Assembly (NCBI GenBank): GCA_964620445.1
Contig: CAZUHB010000015.1
Span: forward strand, 11,157 to 75,156
Direction: 5' to 3'
Length of the DNA: 64,000 nt
Source: an uncultured Phycisphaerales bacterium
GTDB lineage: Bacteria; Planctomycetota; B15-G4; CAYZWU01
The notes under the pieces were generated by a model, which did not search any database, was not told the origin of the DNA, and saw nothing but the letters and a program-made list of their open reading frames with translations. The position numbers and the translations under genes are program-made. Shown here in pieces: positions 29,349 to 39,032 of this stretch (position 1 is its first letter; each line of letters begins with the position of its first letter).

Positions 29349-29846
29349 TCAGCCCTCTGTTTCTCGGTCATCGGGCGGTCCAGGGGGGAGACCGCTGGTC
29401 GGGGCCGTGAACCTCGGGTAGAGCACGAATGTGTAGAGGAGCATGACGGCCCCTATGCCGAAAGGAATCCAGCCGATCATGCTCACGGCAAGCTCGTCCG
29501 TGTCCACGAAGCGGAGACCCACGACCAGGCCGATGCCTAGAGCGGCCGTTAAGAGGCCGCCCAGTCTCAGACCCTCGCGACGCCGCATCCATCGGTTGCG
29601 TTCCTCCTCGACGCGGAACAAAAAAATCTGCTCCGTTGTGGCCTGACCGTTCTCGACGAGCTTTGCCTCGGTTTCGTGGCGGTAGTAGGCTTCGCGCTCC
29701 AGGCGTCTTTGCTTTGCCCAGCCGACCACGGCGAGCCAGGAAAAGAGCGCGATGTAGACCGCGCCGCTCACGAGCATCGCCGTCATGGCTTCGCCAATAC
29801 CTGCTGTGACGATTTCGGTTTCCGGTCCGATCATGTTCAACTCCAT
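29349..29846 (-). CDS. Hypothetical membrane protein with about 4 TM segments.
   Basis: Hydrophobic segments only. No motif. Confidence 0.4.
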   Translation of the reverse strand: MELNMIGPETEIVTAGIGEAMTAMLVSGAVYIALFSWLAVVGWAKQRRLEREAYYRHETEAKLVENGQATTEQIFLFRVEEERNRWMRRREGLRLGGLLTAALGIGLVVGLRFVDTDELAVSMIGWIPFGIGAVMLLYTFVLYPRFTAPTSGLPPGPPDDRETEG

Positions 29847-29934
29847 CGTTTCTGCTCTGCCTTCAATAGGACAGACTGGACGCGCGTCAGGTCGGTTGCG
29901 TTTTTTTGATATATTTGGCAGGGTACTGATTTAT

Positions 29935-29960
29935 GCAACCGTTGGCTCCATCGCGGCGTC
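29935..29960 (+). promoter_or_regulatory. Possible ECF-type autoregulated promoter: GCAACC, a 16-nt spacer, then CGTC.
   Basis: 'AAC' -35 core and 'CGTC' -10 core separated by 16 nt, located 21 nt upstream of the sigma-factor ATG. The -35 is non-canonical. Confidence 0.25.
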
Positions 29961-29981
29961 CTTCCTGTCAGGACAGGCCCT

Positions 29982-30527
29982 ATGAGCGACGAACAAGATG
30001 CGGCGGACGTTGGACGCGTGCTCGTCGGAGACGTGGAGGCCTTCGAAGGAATCGTACTCCGCTGGCAAGAGGCCCTCGTGACGCTTGCCTTCCGCTATTG
30101 TCGTGATCGACACAGGTCCGAGGAGATGGCTCAATCTGCGTTCGTGAAAGCCTATCTGGCCTTGCGTCAGTGGCGGGGCGAGGGACCATTCAGGCGGTGG
30201 CTCTTTGTGATCGCTGCCAACGTGTACCGTTCCGAGATGCGGCGGAATCGCCTGTTCATGCTTCCCCTCGATGCGGCGCGGGACGCGTGCCAGAAAACAT
30301 CCGACATCGAGCGCGGCGAGGTTGAGGAGCGGAAGGAAATCGTTCGCCGTGCGGTAACGAGACTACCCGAGAAGTACCGCGACGTGCTTGTGCTCTTCTA
30401 TTTTCACGAGAAGGACGTACTCGAGACGGCGCAGAGTCTGGGTGTTGCCGAGGGGACGATCAAGGCCCGCTTGCACCGCGGCCGGGCGCTGCTAGAGAGA
30501 GCGCTCCACCGCATCAAGGACGAATGA
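29982..30527 (+). CDS. ECF (sigma-70 family, group IV) RNA polymerase sigma factor.
   Basis: Region-2-like FVKAYLAL..W.....F..WLFVIAANV and region-4 HTH DVLETAQSLGVAEGTIKARLHRGRALL. Size 181 aa. Confidence 0.85.
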   Translation: MSDEQDAADVGRVLVGDVEAFEGIVLRWQEALVTLAFRYCRDRHRSEEMAQSAFVKAYLALRQWRGEGPFRRWLFVIAANVYRSEMRRNRLFMLPLDAARDACQKTSDIERGEVEERKEIVRRAVTRLPEKYRDVLVLFYFHEKDVLETAQSLGVAEGTIKARLHRGRALLERALHRIKDE

Positions 30528-30542
30528 AAGCAGGATTGTGAA

Positions 30543-30890
30543 ATGACCGACGAACTCGACGTAATCCTTTTGTCCGACGAGACACTCACGCCCACACCGG
30601 GCTTCGCTGCCTCGGTCATGCGCGCTGTCCGCAAGAGCCGCAGCGCGACCGCCGCGATCCGGTTTCCGTGGTTCTGTTTCGCGGCCAGCCTCGCGGCCGG
30701 ACTGCTCTGCGTGCTTTTGCCGGCCGCCTTGATGGTGGGCGAAAAAGACAATGTCCTCGGTCCAGCCGGGTTGGTGGAGCGGATTACAGGGGTGCTGCTG
30801 GAGAACGCGGACATCTCTCTCTGGGCGGTTCCGGCCGCGTTCGGTAGCATGATCCTGGTTCGTCTCTCCGTGGCTTTCATGTCGGAATAG
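30543..30890 (+). CDS. Putative anti-sigma factor: small single-pass membrane protein co-transcribed with the ECF sigma.
   Basis: A 15-bp gap after the sigma gene, a short cytoplasmic N-terminus and one TM helix (FPWFCFAASLAAGLLCVLLPAALMV). Confidence 0.5.
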   Translation: MTDELDVILLSDETLTPTPGFAASVMRAVRKSRSATAAIRFPWFCFAASLAAGLLCVLLPAALMVGEKDNVLGPAGLVERITGVLLENADISLWAVPAAFGSMILVRLSVAFMSE

Positions 30891-30985
30891 AAAAGAAGCT
30901 GTCTCGCCATTCCCATCCGCGCCATTGCGCGGCGCGGGGAACAAGCGAAACAGCTTCTTCAATTATCCTCGAACCTTCCGGGACT

Positions 30986-31966
30986 CTATCCCCCGTTGTT
31001 GAAGTCGTCGAGAACCTTTGCGAGGTTGATGAACTCCTTGCGCAGTGGATCGTTGCCCTTGAGGGCGCCGATGTCGGACGGAGTCCAGAGTTCGAACAGT
31101 ATCTTCGCGTCATCGAAGGCGTCTTGCACATCGGACGGAATGGCCGTACCCGCGAAATCGTTCAGTTCGGTCGCGATGTAGGCGCGGCTCAGAATGAAAT
31201 AGGCATTGCCTGCGGGCGCACACCAGATCACGTTGTAGTAGCTGTCGGCGCTCAGGAAGAAGATCGTGTCCTCGCCGATGTTGGCCCAGGTGTCGTCGTA
31301 GGGGGCCGGACCGTACTTCGAGTGATTCTTCCAGTATCCCGGGGTGCGAGGCCCGGGTCCGCCCGACTGATCGATCTCGAACCTGATGAGCGATTCCTTC
31401 TTGTTTCCCGCCTGCCCGCCGATGAAGAGTTCATCGACCGCGCCGTAGTTGTCGTCCGGATCGCTCTCGCGGATGTAGGAATCGGCCAGCGGCGCGATCT
31501 CCTCGATCGTTCCGTCGCTGTAGATGAGTTCGAGATATGGATGCAAGGTCGCGTCCGCCCACTCCTTGCTGGCGAAGGTGGTGCGCGGCATCTGGTAGTC
31601 GGGACGCTTGAGCAGCATGCCGAAGTTGTCGACGCCATTCATCCAGTCCTGAACGAGGGCGGTCACGTCCACGGCGTACCAGCCGATGTAGTCCTCCACG
31701 AAGGTCGCATCCACGTTGGGATCGAAGCTCCCCGCAAAGCTGTTCCAGGTGACGCCCATCTCGGTCCAGTCGGCGGTGATCCTGTGGATGTTCACTGTCT
31801 GGTCGTCGCCCGACAGCTGGAAGACATGGACATGCAGAAATGCGGAGTCAAGGGTTGCCGCCTGCGGAAGTTTCACTTTTCCAGGCTTCAGGAGGGGATG
31901 GTTCATCCCCAGAAAGCCGAGAGCGCAGACGATCACCAGCATCAGTAATAGATTTCGTTTGAGCAT
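30986..31966 (-). CDS. Secreted DNRLRE-domain-like protein.
   Basis: Signal peptide. VHVFQLSGDDQTVNIHRITADWTEMGVTWN resembles the DNRLRE-domain core. Confidence 0.45.
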   Translation of the reverse strand: MLKRNLLLMLVIVCALGFLGMNHPLLKPGKVKLPQAATLDSAFLHVHVFQLSGDDQTVNIHRITADWTEMGVTWNSFAGSFDPNVDATFVEDYIGWYAVDVTALVQDWMNGVDNFGMLLKRPDYQMPRTTFASKEWADATLHPYLELIYSDGTIEEIAPLADSYIRESDPDDNYGAVDELFIGGQAGNKKESLIRFEIDQSGGPGPRTPGYWKNHSKYGPAPYDDTWANIGEDTIFFLSADSYYNVIWCAPAGNAYFILSRAYIATELNDFAGTAIPSDVQDAFDDAKILFELWTPSDIGALKGNDPLRKEFINLAKVLDDFNNGG

Positions 31967-32267
31967 GGTTTTCTCCTCCTCGATTCATACAAAGAGCCCC
32001 GATTTCGGAACGAAGGAAATTCTCAGCCGCTCTATCGGATCAAATATCAGTGATAGCCGATTCTTTTTTCTGATCCACCGATTGCTGGAGAATCAGACAA
32101 ATAAGCCCTTCCCTCTTGTTGGCTATTTTAGAGATCCGATACACATTGTCAATTCTTTATGTGTATCTTGCAGATCGGAACGCACCCTCTGGCAAAAAAA
32201 GAAGCGGGCTCCCCGAGGCGCCCGCTTTTTGAAGATTCGTTGATTTGATCGCTCCCCGCGGCCTTTC

Positions 32268-33260
<993 letters not shown>

Positions 33261-33390
33261 CGTGCGTCCTCCCTATGTGTAATCGATGATCGGATATCAG
33301 CGTATTTTGACACCCATCATAGTAAAGAGGAGCGGACTTCGAAAACTTTAATCGAAGGACCGTCTCGCACGATCGAAAGGCAAGGCGTTC

Positions 33391-35094
33391 CTATTGCACG
33401 ACAAAATCCACGACATCCTGATTCCAGAGGTAGGGCGGATTGAAGGAGCCGTCAGGCAACAGGTCGATCGCCAGGAACGCTTCGTAATTTCCCGCCGCGA
33501 GCGGCCGGTCGAGCACGGTGGCCACATGATCGAAGAGAGGCCCCGAGTAATAGACATTGTGCTTCCCGTAGATCCAGATCGGGTTGTCCTGAGGGCCGCA
33601 AGTGAAAATGTTCCCTGTCTGGTTGTTGCGGAGGAGGATCCACGCATCGCCCCTGGTCCAGGCCTCGTAACCGGCGTGGGCGTCGATCGTGAGCGTGACG
33701 TTCTCTCCGCTGTTCACAACGACGCCCGAGTCCTCGCCGTTGCACTTGATGTCGACGTAGGGCGGATTGAATTGCGAATCCTCGTAGATCGGCGTGTCGA
33801 TACAACCGGTCCTGCGGAAGTCGTGCATGAAGGTGGCCCACTGGATGTTCGCCTCGTCGAAGGTCCCCTCGATGTCCCAGACAAAGGCCCCGTCGGTGAG
33901 CCCCTTGCCGATCTCGGTCTTTCCATCCTTGTCGATGTCGCCGATCGACACGGTTTCGTAGAGGACGTGATCCAGATCGATCGGCCAGCCCGGCACGACC
34001 GATCCGTCGGGATGGAGGGCGCAGATATTGCCCGACGTGGGCGTGTAACAGTACCCGTAGCAGGTCAGGATCTCGACCACCCCGTCTCCGTCCAGGTCGC
34101 CGATCGACGGGGAGCAGATGAGCTGGTACGAATCGAGGTAGACGGGCCATCCTGCCACCTCGCTGCCGTCATGGTGCCAGGCGTACATGAGCTTGTCGGC
34201 TCTCGCGGACTGGAAGATCTCGAGGTCGCCGTCGCCGTCGATATCGCCGATGCTGGGGCAGGTTTGAAAGTAATCGTCCAGAGAGATCGGCCACCCCGCA
34301 ACCACGGTTCCGTCGTGATGCCAGGCGTAGACGAGGCTTGGTTTCGAGCCATAGGTGGCGGCGACGATCTCGTAATCACCATCGTTGTCGATGTCGCCCA
34401 CGGCAAGGCCGTCTTCGGGCGATGAGTCGATCGGAACGGGCCATCCTGCCACGGCGGATCCGTCGTGATGCCAGGCGTAGACTTCCCACCATCCCGCCTG
34501 AAAGACCTCGAGGTCGCCGTCGCCATCGATGTCGGCCAGCGCCGCGGTGCAGTCGTTCTCGATAGGGCTGCCCGTTGCCGGGGGCCACCCGTCGACCATG
34601 GTCCCGTCGTGGTGAAAGGCATATCGCACGCTCACGATCTCGAGATCGCCGTCATTGTCGATGTCGCCCAGGCTGGGGGGCGCATTGACATTGGCCGGAA
34701 TCTGGACCGGCCATCCCTCCTTCACGGTGCCGTCGTAGTTCAGAACGTAGATGTCCTGGTACTCCGTCCCGGCGGCGATCTCGAGCATTCCGTCGGCGTC
34801 GACGTCGCCCACGGAGAAGTGCATGACGCGGTTCGAAAATGGCAGATCTCGAGGCCACCCCGCCTGCGGGGTGCCGTCCTCGTTATACACCCAGAGGCCG
34901 GTGTGAGAGAGCGAGACGTAGTCGCGCGATCCGTCACCGTTGATGTCGGCGATGACGGGCGCGGCCAGATAGGTGCCCGACTCCAAAACGGGCCAGCCCG
35001 GATGGATCGTGGGAGGTCCCCTGCGGTCGCCCGTTGCGGGCAGAACAAAAACAAGCGCGAGCGCGACGATCAGTGACAAGGAAAACTTCTTCAT
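33391..35094 (-). CDS. Secreted FG-GAP/VCBS-repeat beta-propeller protein with a C-terminal beta-sandwich domain.
   Basis: About 7 repeats of GDIDxDGDxEI interleaved with WHHDG...GWP. Signal peptide MKKFSLSLIVALALVFVLPATG, AGGAGG RBS, start 35094. Confidence 0.75.
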   Translation of the reverse strand: MKKFSLSLIVALALVFVLPATGDRRGPPTIHPGWPVLESGTYLAAPVIADINGDGSRDYVSLSHTGLWVYNEDGTPQAGWPRDLPFSNRVMHFSVGDVDADGMLEIAAGTEYQDIYVLNYDGTVKEGWPVQIPANVNAPPSLGDIDNDGDLEIVSVRYAFHHDGTMVDGWPPATGSPIENDCTAALADIDGDGDLEVFQAGWWEVYAWHHDGSAVAGWPVPIDSSPEDGLAVGDIDNDGDYEIVAATYGSKPSLVYAWHHDGTVVAGWPISLDDYFQTCPSIGDIDGDGDLEIFQSARADKLMYAWHHDGSEVAGWPVYLDSYQLICSPSIGDLDGDGVVEILTCYGYCYTPTSGNICALHPDGSVVPGWPIDLDHVLYETVSIGDIDKDGKTEIGKGLTDGAFVWDIEGTFDEANIQWATFMHDFRRTGCIDTPIYEDSQFNPPYVDIKCNGEDSGVVVNSGENVTLTIDAHAGYEAWTRGDAWILLRNNQTGNIFTCGPQDNPIWIYGKHNVYYSGPLFDHVATVLDRPLAAGNYEAFLAIDLLPDGSFNPPYLWNQDVVDFVVQ

Positions 35095-35122
35095 CCTCTC
35101 CCTCCTTCGATTGCGGCAGATG

Positions 35123-35134
35123 ATCAATATTGAT
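35123..35134. promoter_or_regulatory. Perfect 12-bp palindrome ATCAATATTGAT in the divergent promoter region between the FG-GAP and C25 genes.
   Basis: Read directly. It shares the CAATATTG core with the GntR operator palindrome TACAATATTGTA. Confidence 0.35.
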
Positions 35135-35396
35135 TGGTGGACTTTCATTTCCCTGAATACAGTGTCGATCGGACGGATGGCTAATTCTCAAACCTGTGAT
35201 ACTTATTTTAATAAATATTTGACCGAACATCAAGAGCGCGCACCCAAAAGCCCTGTCCCCGCCGAAATTGTGTTTCTCAAAAATCGACTTTACTGTATAT
35301 TATTGAGTCCAGCCCATTTCGATAACGTGCGATACGCCCAAGGTATCGATATCTGGCACCCGCAAGCCGATTTCACATGAACAGGAGGGTCTCGCC

Positions 35397-38300
35397 GTGA
35401 AATTTCAACCGACAACCGTTGGGCTCTTGTCCTTATTTTGTCTTGCCGCCCTGGGCGTCTTGTCCCTTTCGGCGCAAGGGGCGGAACAGAATCACGGCAC
35501 CGAATCGGTGAGCGTGACCATTCCGGCGGGCGCCTTCGAATTCGTGGACACCCCGAATGGACGGAAGGTCAAGATGGACGGATTCGGCCGCCTGCCCACG
35601 CCGGGCGTGCCCATGCTGCCGGCCAAGATCTTTTCCGTTGCCGTTCCGCCCGGCGCGCGCGTGACGGGCGTCACCTGCGAGGCTTCCGAGGAGATCCTTC
35701 TTTCCGGCAAACACAGCATCAAGCCGGTGCCGCTGCCGCGCGTGCCGACCGGCGAGTCGCCCGCGGCTTTCCAGAGGGACAAGTCCGCCTTCGACGCGAC
35801 CTTCAAGAGCGTCTACAAGACGGACGCCTTCTACCCCGGGGGGGCGGGGCATTTCGTGCGCAACGCCAAGTACAGGAAGTACGACCTCGTCGACGTGCGC
35901 GTCACCCCCTTCTCGTGGAATCCCGATTCGGGCGAGCTCCTCTACAGGCCGGCGGTCACGATCAAGGTGGACTACACCTTGCCGCCCAGCCCGCCCGCGG
36001 CCATGGTCGACAACATGACGCGCACCGAGTCCGTGGCGCGCGATATCGTGGCCAACTATGACCAGGCGCAAGCCTGGTACGGCAACGGCCGTGCGGGCCG
36101 CGGCCTTTACGACCTGGTGATCATCACCCTCGATTCGCTCACCGCCGCGGTCCAGCCCCTCGTCGACTGGGAGACCCAGAAAGGCCGCAACGTGAACGTG
36201 GTCACCACCACGTGGATCTACTCCAACTACACCGGCTATGACGATGCCGAAAAGATCAGGAACTTCCTCCGCGACAAGTACCCCATGCTCCACTGGGGGA
36301 TCGAGGACGTTCTCATCGTGGGTCACTACGACGACGTGCCCATGCGCCGCTGCTCCCAGAACGTGGGGTACGGCGAGCCCGAAACCGACTACTACTACGC
36401 CGAGCTCTCCTACGCCGACGGTCAGTCGTGGGATGCGGACGGCGACCACAGATGGGGCGAGAACACCGATCCGATCGACTTTTACAACGAGGTCAACGTG
36501 GGCCGCATTCCGTGGAGCGACACTTTCACGGTGCAGCACATCGCCAACAAATCGGTGGTCTACGAGAACAACGTCGATCCCGCCTTCAAGAAGAACATCC
36601 TTCTCCTGGGCGCCTACTTCTGGCCGGACACGGACAATGCCGTGCTCATGGAGTACAAGACCAATCCGACGATCCACCCATGGATGACCGACTGGACGTC
36701 GACCAAGCTCTACGAGGTGGGGCACACCACCTATTCGTGCGACTACGACCTGAGCAACAACAATGTGCGCGACGTCTGGTCGAACGGAAAGTACGCTTTC
36801 GTGAACTGGGCCGGGCACGGCTCGCCCGACGCCTGCTGGATCTACTACACGAGCGGCTATTTCATCTCCAACGCGGACTGCGCCATTCTGAACGACGCAT
36901 ACCCGTCCATCATTTTCGCCGATGCTTGCAGCAACTCGGACACGGACTACCTCAACATCGGCCAGGCCATGCTCGAGCAGGGCGGGGTCGGCTTTCTCGG
37001 GTCGACCAAGGTGGCCTACGGCATGCCGGGTTGGAATGATCCGACCGACGGTTCGAGCCAGTCGCTCGACTACTACTTCACGACCCATTGCACCTCGGGC
37101 GACTACACCCAGGGCCAGGCCCAACAGGCCGGCCTGCGTACCATGTACACCGACGGGCTCTGGTACTACGAGTACTACGAGATGTTCGAGTGGGGCGCCC
37201 TGTGGGGCAATCCCAATCTCTCCATGGGGACCGCGCCGCCGATCATCTTCGACTTCCCCGCGGGGATTCCCCAGGGGATGGAGCCGCCCGGAGTGGAGAT
37301 CTCCCTCTCCGTGGAGATCAGGAACGGGCTCGAGAACTACGTGCCGGGCACCGGCTTTTTCTACTACCGCCTCGATCCGGACGACACCTTCACCCAGGTG
37401 GCGCTCACCGATCTCGGAAACGATCTCTTCGAGGCGACCCTGCCCGCGCCCGCGCCCGGTGACGAGCCCGAGTACTACTTCTCGGCCGACTCGGACGGTG
37501 GCCAGACCGTGACGTCGCCCTTTGGGGCGCCCGATTCGTGCTACTCGTTCGACGTCTGTATCGTGAGGAAGCTCTTTGCCGACGATTTCGAGGACGACCT
37601 CGGATGGAGGGTGGTGAACGTGGCGGTTCAGGACGGCGGCTGGGAGCGGGGCGACCCGGCAGGCAACGGCGCCTGGGGCGATCCGACGGAGGACGCCGAC
37701 GGTTCGGGACAATGCTATGTCACGGGCAATGCGCCGAGCGGCGTCAATGATCTCGACGGCGGTCCTTCCTATCTCTATTCGCCCACGGTAGACCTCACCC
37801 TGGGCGATGCCGAGGTCCGCTTCGACATGTGGTTCTACAACCTCGATGAAACCGATCCGTTCAAGATCGCCGTCTCCAACGATGACGGCGCCTCTTACAC
37901 CCTGGTCGAGGAGTTCGTCGGCGGCAGCGGCGGGTGGAGCGAGTACTCCTTCATGGTGGGCGACCACGTGACGCCCACCGATGCGGTCAAGGTCCGCATC
38001 GCCGTCAAGGACATGCCCAACAACTCGACCACCGAGGCGGGTGTCGACGGGTTCGAGGTGAAGATCGTCGATCTCTTCCCCAGCCTCTATGCCGACGCCT
38101 ACTCCTTTTCGGCCGCGGCCGGACAGGACATCGACTTCTTCCTCGACGCGGGAGTTGCCAACGCGGGCCGGTCCTATCTCATGCTCGCCTCCTTGAGCGG
38201 CATCTCCCCCGGCATGGAAGTGAACGGCATTCACGTGCCGCTGACGTGGGACTGGGTTTCGGCCTTCATCAACAACAACCTGCACCTTCCCATATTCCAG

Positions 38301-38465
38301 GATTTCCAGGGGACTCTCGACGGTCAGGGCAAAACCCTGGCCGAGCTTCCCCTCTACGCGCCGGGACTCGTGCCCCACGTGGGTCAATCGCTGACCTTCG
38401 TTTATGCCCTGACCAATCCGATCGATTTCGCCTCGACGCCGATCGATGTGGAAATTTTGCCCTGA
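35397..38465 (+). CDS. Secreted gingipain-like cysteine peptidase (peptidase C25, clan CD) with a propeptide-like N-terminus and the shared C-terminal domain.
   Basis: GTG start with a caggaggg RBS and a signal peptide. Clan-CD dyad: NWAGHGSPD (His-Gly), then about 45 aa later IIFADACSNSD (Ala-Cys). An alpha/beta N-terminal segment YDLVIITLDSLTAAVQPLVDWETQKG resembles the C25 N-terminal region. Confidence 0.7.
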   Translation: MKFQPTTVGLLSLFCLAALGVLSLSAQGAEQNHGTESVSVTIPAGAFEFVDTPNGRKVKMDGFGRLPTPGVPMLPAKIFSVAVPPGARVTGVTCEASEEILLSGKHSIKPVPLPRVPTGESPAAFQRDKSAFDATFKSVYKTDAFYPGGAGHFVRNAKYRKYDLVDVRVTPFSWNPDSGELLYRPAVTIKVDYTLPPSPPAAMVDNMTRTESVARDIVANYDQAQAWYGNGRAGRGLYDLVIITLDSLTAAVQPLVDWETQKGRNVNVVTTTWIYSNYTGYDDAEKIRNFLRDKYPMLHWGIEDVLIVGHYDDVPMRRCSQNVGYGEPETDYYYAELSYADGQSWDADGDHRWGENTDPIDFYNEVNVGRIPWSDTFTVQHIANKSVVYENNVDPAFKKNILLLGAYFWPDTDNAVLMEYKTNPTIHPWMTDWTSTKLYEVGHTTYSCDYDLSNNNVRDVWSNGKYAFVNWAGHGSPDACWIYYTSGYFISNADCAILNDAYPSIIFADACSNSDTDYLNIGQAMLEQGGVGFLGSTKVAYGMPGWNDPTDGSSQSLDYYFTTHCTSGDYTQGQAQQAGLRTMYTDGLWYYEYYEMFEWGALWGNPNLSMGTAPPIIFDFPAGIPQGMEPPGVEISLSVEIRNGLENYVPGTGFFYYRLDPDDTFTQVALTDLGNDLFEATLPAPAPGDEPEYYFSADSDGGQTVTSPFGAPDSCYSFDVCIVRKLFADDFEDDLGWRVVNVAVQDGGWERGDPAGNGAWGDPTEDADGSGQCYVTGNAPSGVNDLDGGPSYLYSPTVDLTLGDAEVRFDMWFYNLDETDPFKIAVSNDDGASYTLVEEFVGGSGGWSEYSFMVGDHVTPTDAVKVRIAVKDMPNNSTTEAGVDGFEVKIVDLFPSLYADAYSFSAAAGQDIDFFLDAGVANAGRSYLMLASLSGISPGMEVNGIHVPLTWDWVSAFINNNLHLPIFQDFQGTLDGQGKTLAELPLYAPGLVPHVGQSLTFVYALTNPIDFASTPIDVEILP

Positions 38466-38487
38466 TAGAGACCGCCCAAAAAGTGCA

Positions 38488-38522
38488 GCGCCCCCCCGGA
38501 TCTTTTTGATCCGGGGGGGCGC
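38488..38522. terminator. Bidirectional rho-independent terminator hairpin.
   Basis: gcgcccccccggatc-ttttt-gatccgggggggcgc, a perfect 15-bp stem, between convergent genes ending at 38465 (+) and 38560 (-). Confidence 0.8.
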
Positions 38523-38559
38523 TATCTATCATGAACCCCGCTTTGTCATGAAGAAATTG

Positions 38560-38826
38560 TCATGAAGAAAGTACTGTCTGGTATTCGGAGCGAAAGAAGT
38601 CGGCTTTTTCCGGTTTGTCCCAAGCTTCGTAAAGTCTGACCAGAAAGAGACGCGCCCTCTGTGTCCGCTTGTGTGCTTCGCCCAGCGCGGTTTTCCATTC
38701 CGCGTAGCGCGCCAACAACAGTGACTCTGCCAGGTGGAATCTGTTGAGACTCATCGTTTCTCCTCCGACTCGCTGCGACTTTTTGCGTCTGTATTCGAGA
38801 ACGCTTTCGGCAGCAGGGCTTTTCAC
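38560..38826 (-). CDS. Small hypothetical helical protein.
   Basis: ORF only. Possible internal start MSLNRF. Confidence 0.3.
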   Translation of the reverse strand: MKSPAAESVLEYRRKKSQRVGGETMSLNRFHLAESLLLARYAEWKTALGEAHKRTQRARLFLVRLYEAWDKPEKADFFRSEYQTVLSS

Positions 38827-39032
38827 GATTTTTCAATTTCTCTGATACCTTCAGCGTCTGTCGCCCGTATTCCCAATTTTTTCTAGTACAGCAGTTCTAT
38901 GAGGTTACGGAAATTCTTCCGGGAACGGGCCACCGTGTGAAAGACCGGATGAAAAAGTTTAGGTGACGCCCTCCGTCGAGGGATATGACAGGGTTGTGGT
39001 GCGGGCCGGAGGTGAATCCGACCACCCCAGGA

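Noticed and set aside
38092-38465. Assigning the shared C-terminal domain as the canonical type-A T9SS CTD (TIGR04183).
   Set aside because: The expected motifs (a YPNP-like motif D and a Lys/Arg-rich terminus) are absent, and the termini end in ...EILP or ...AVEP. I kept it as an unassigned, possibly novel C-terminal domain.
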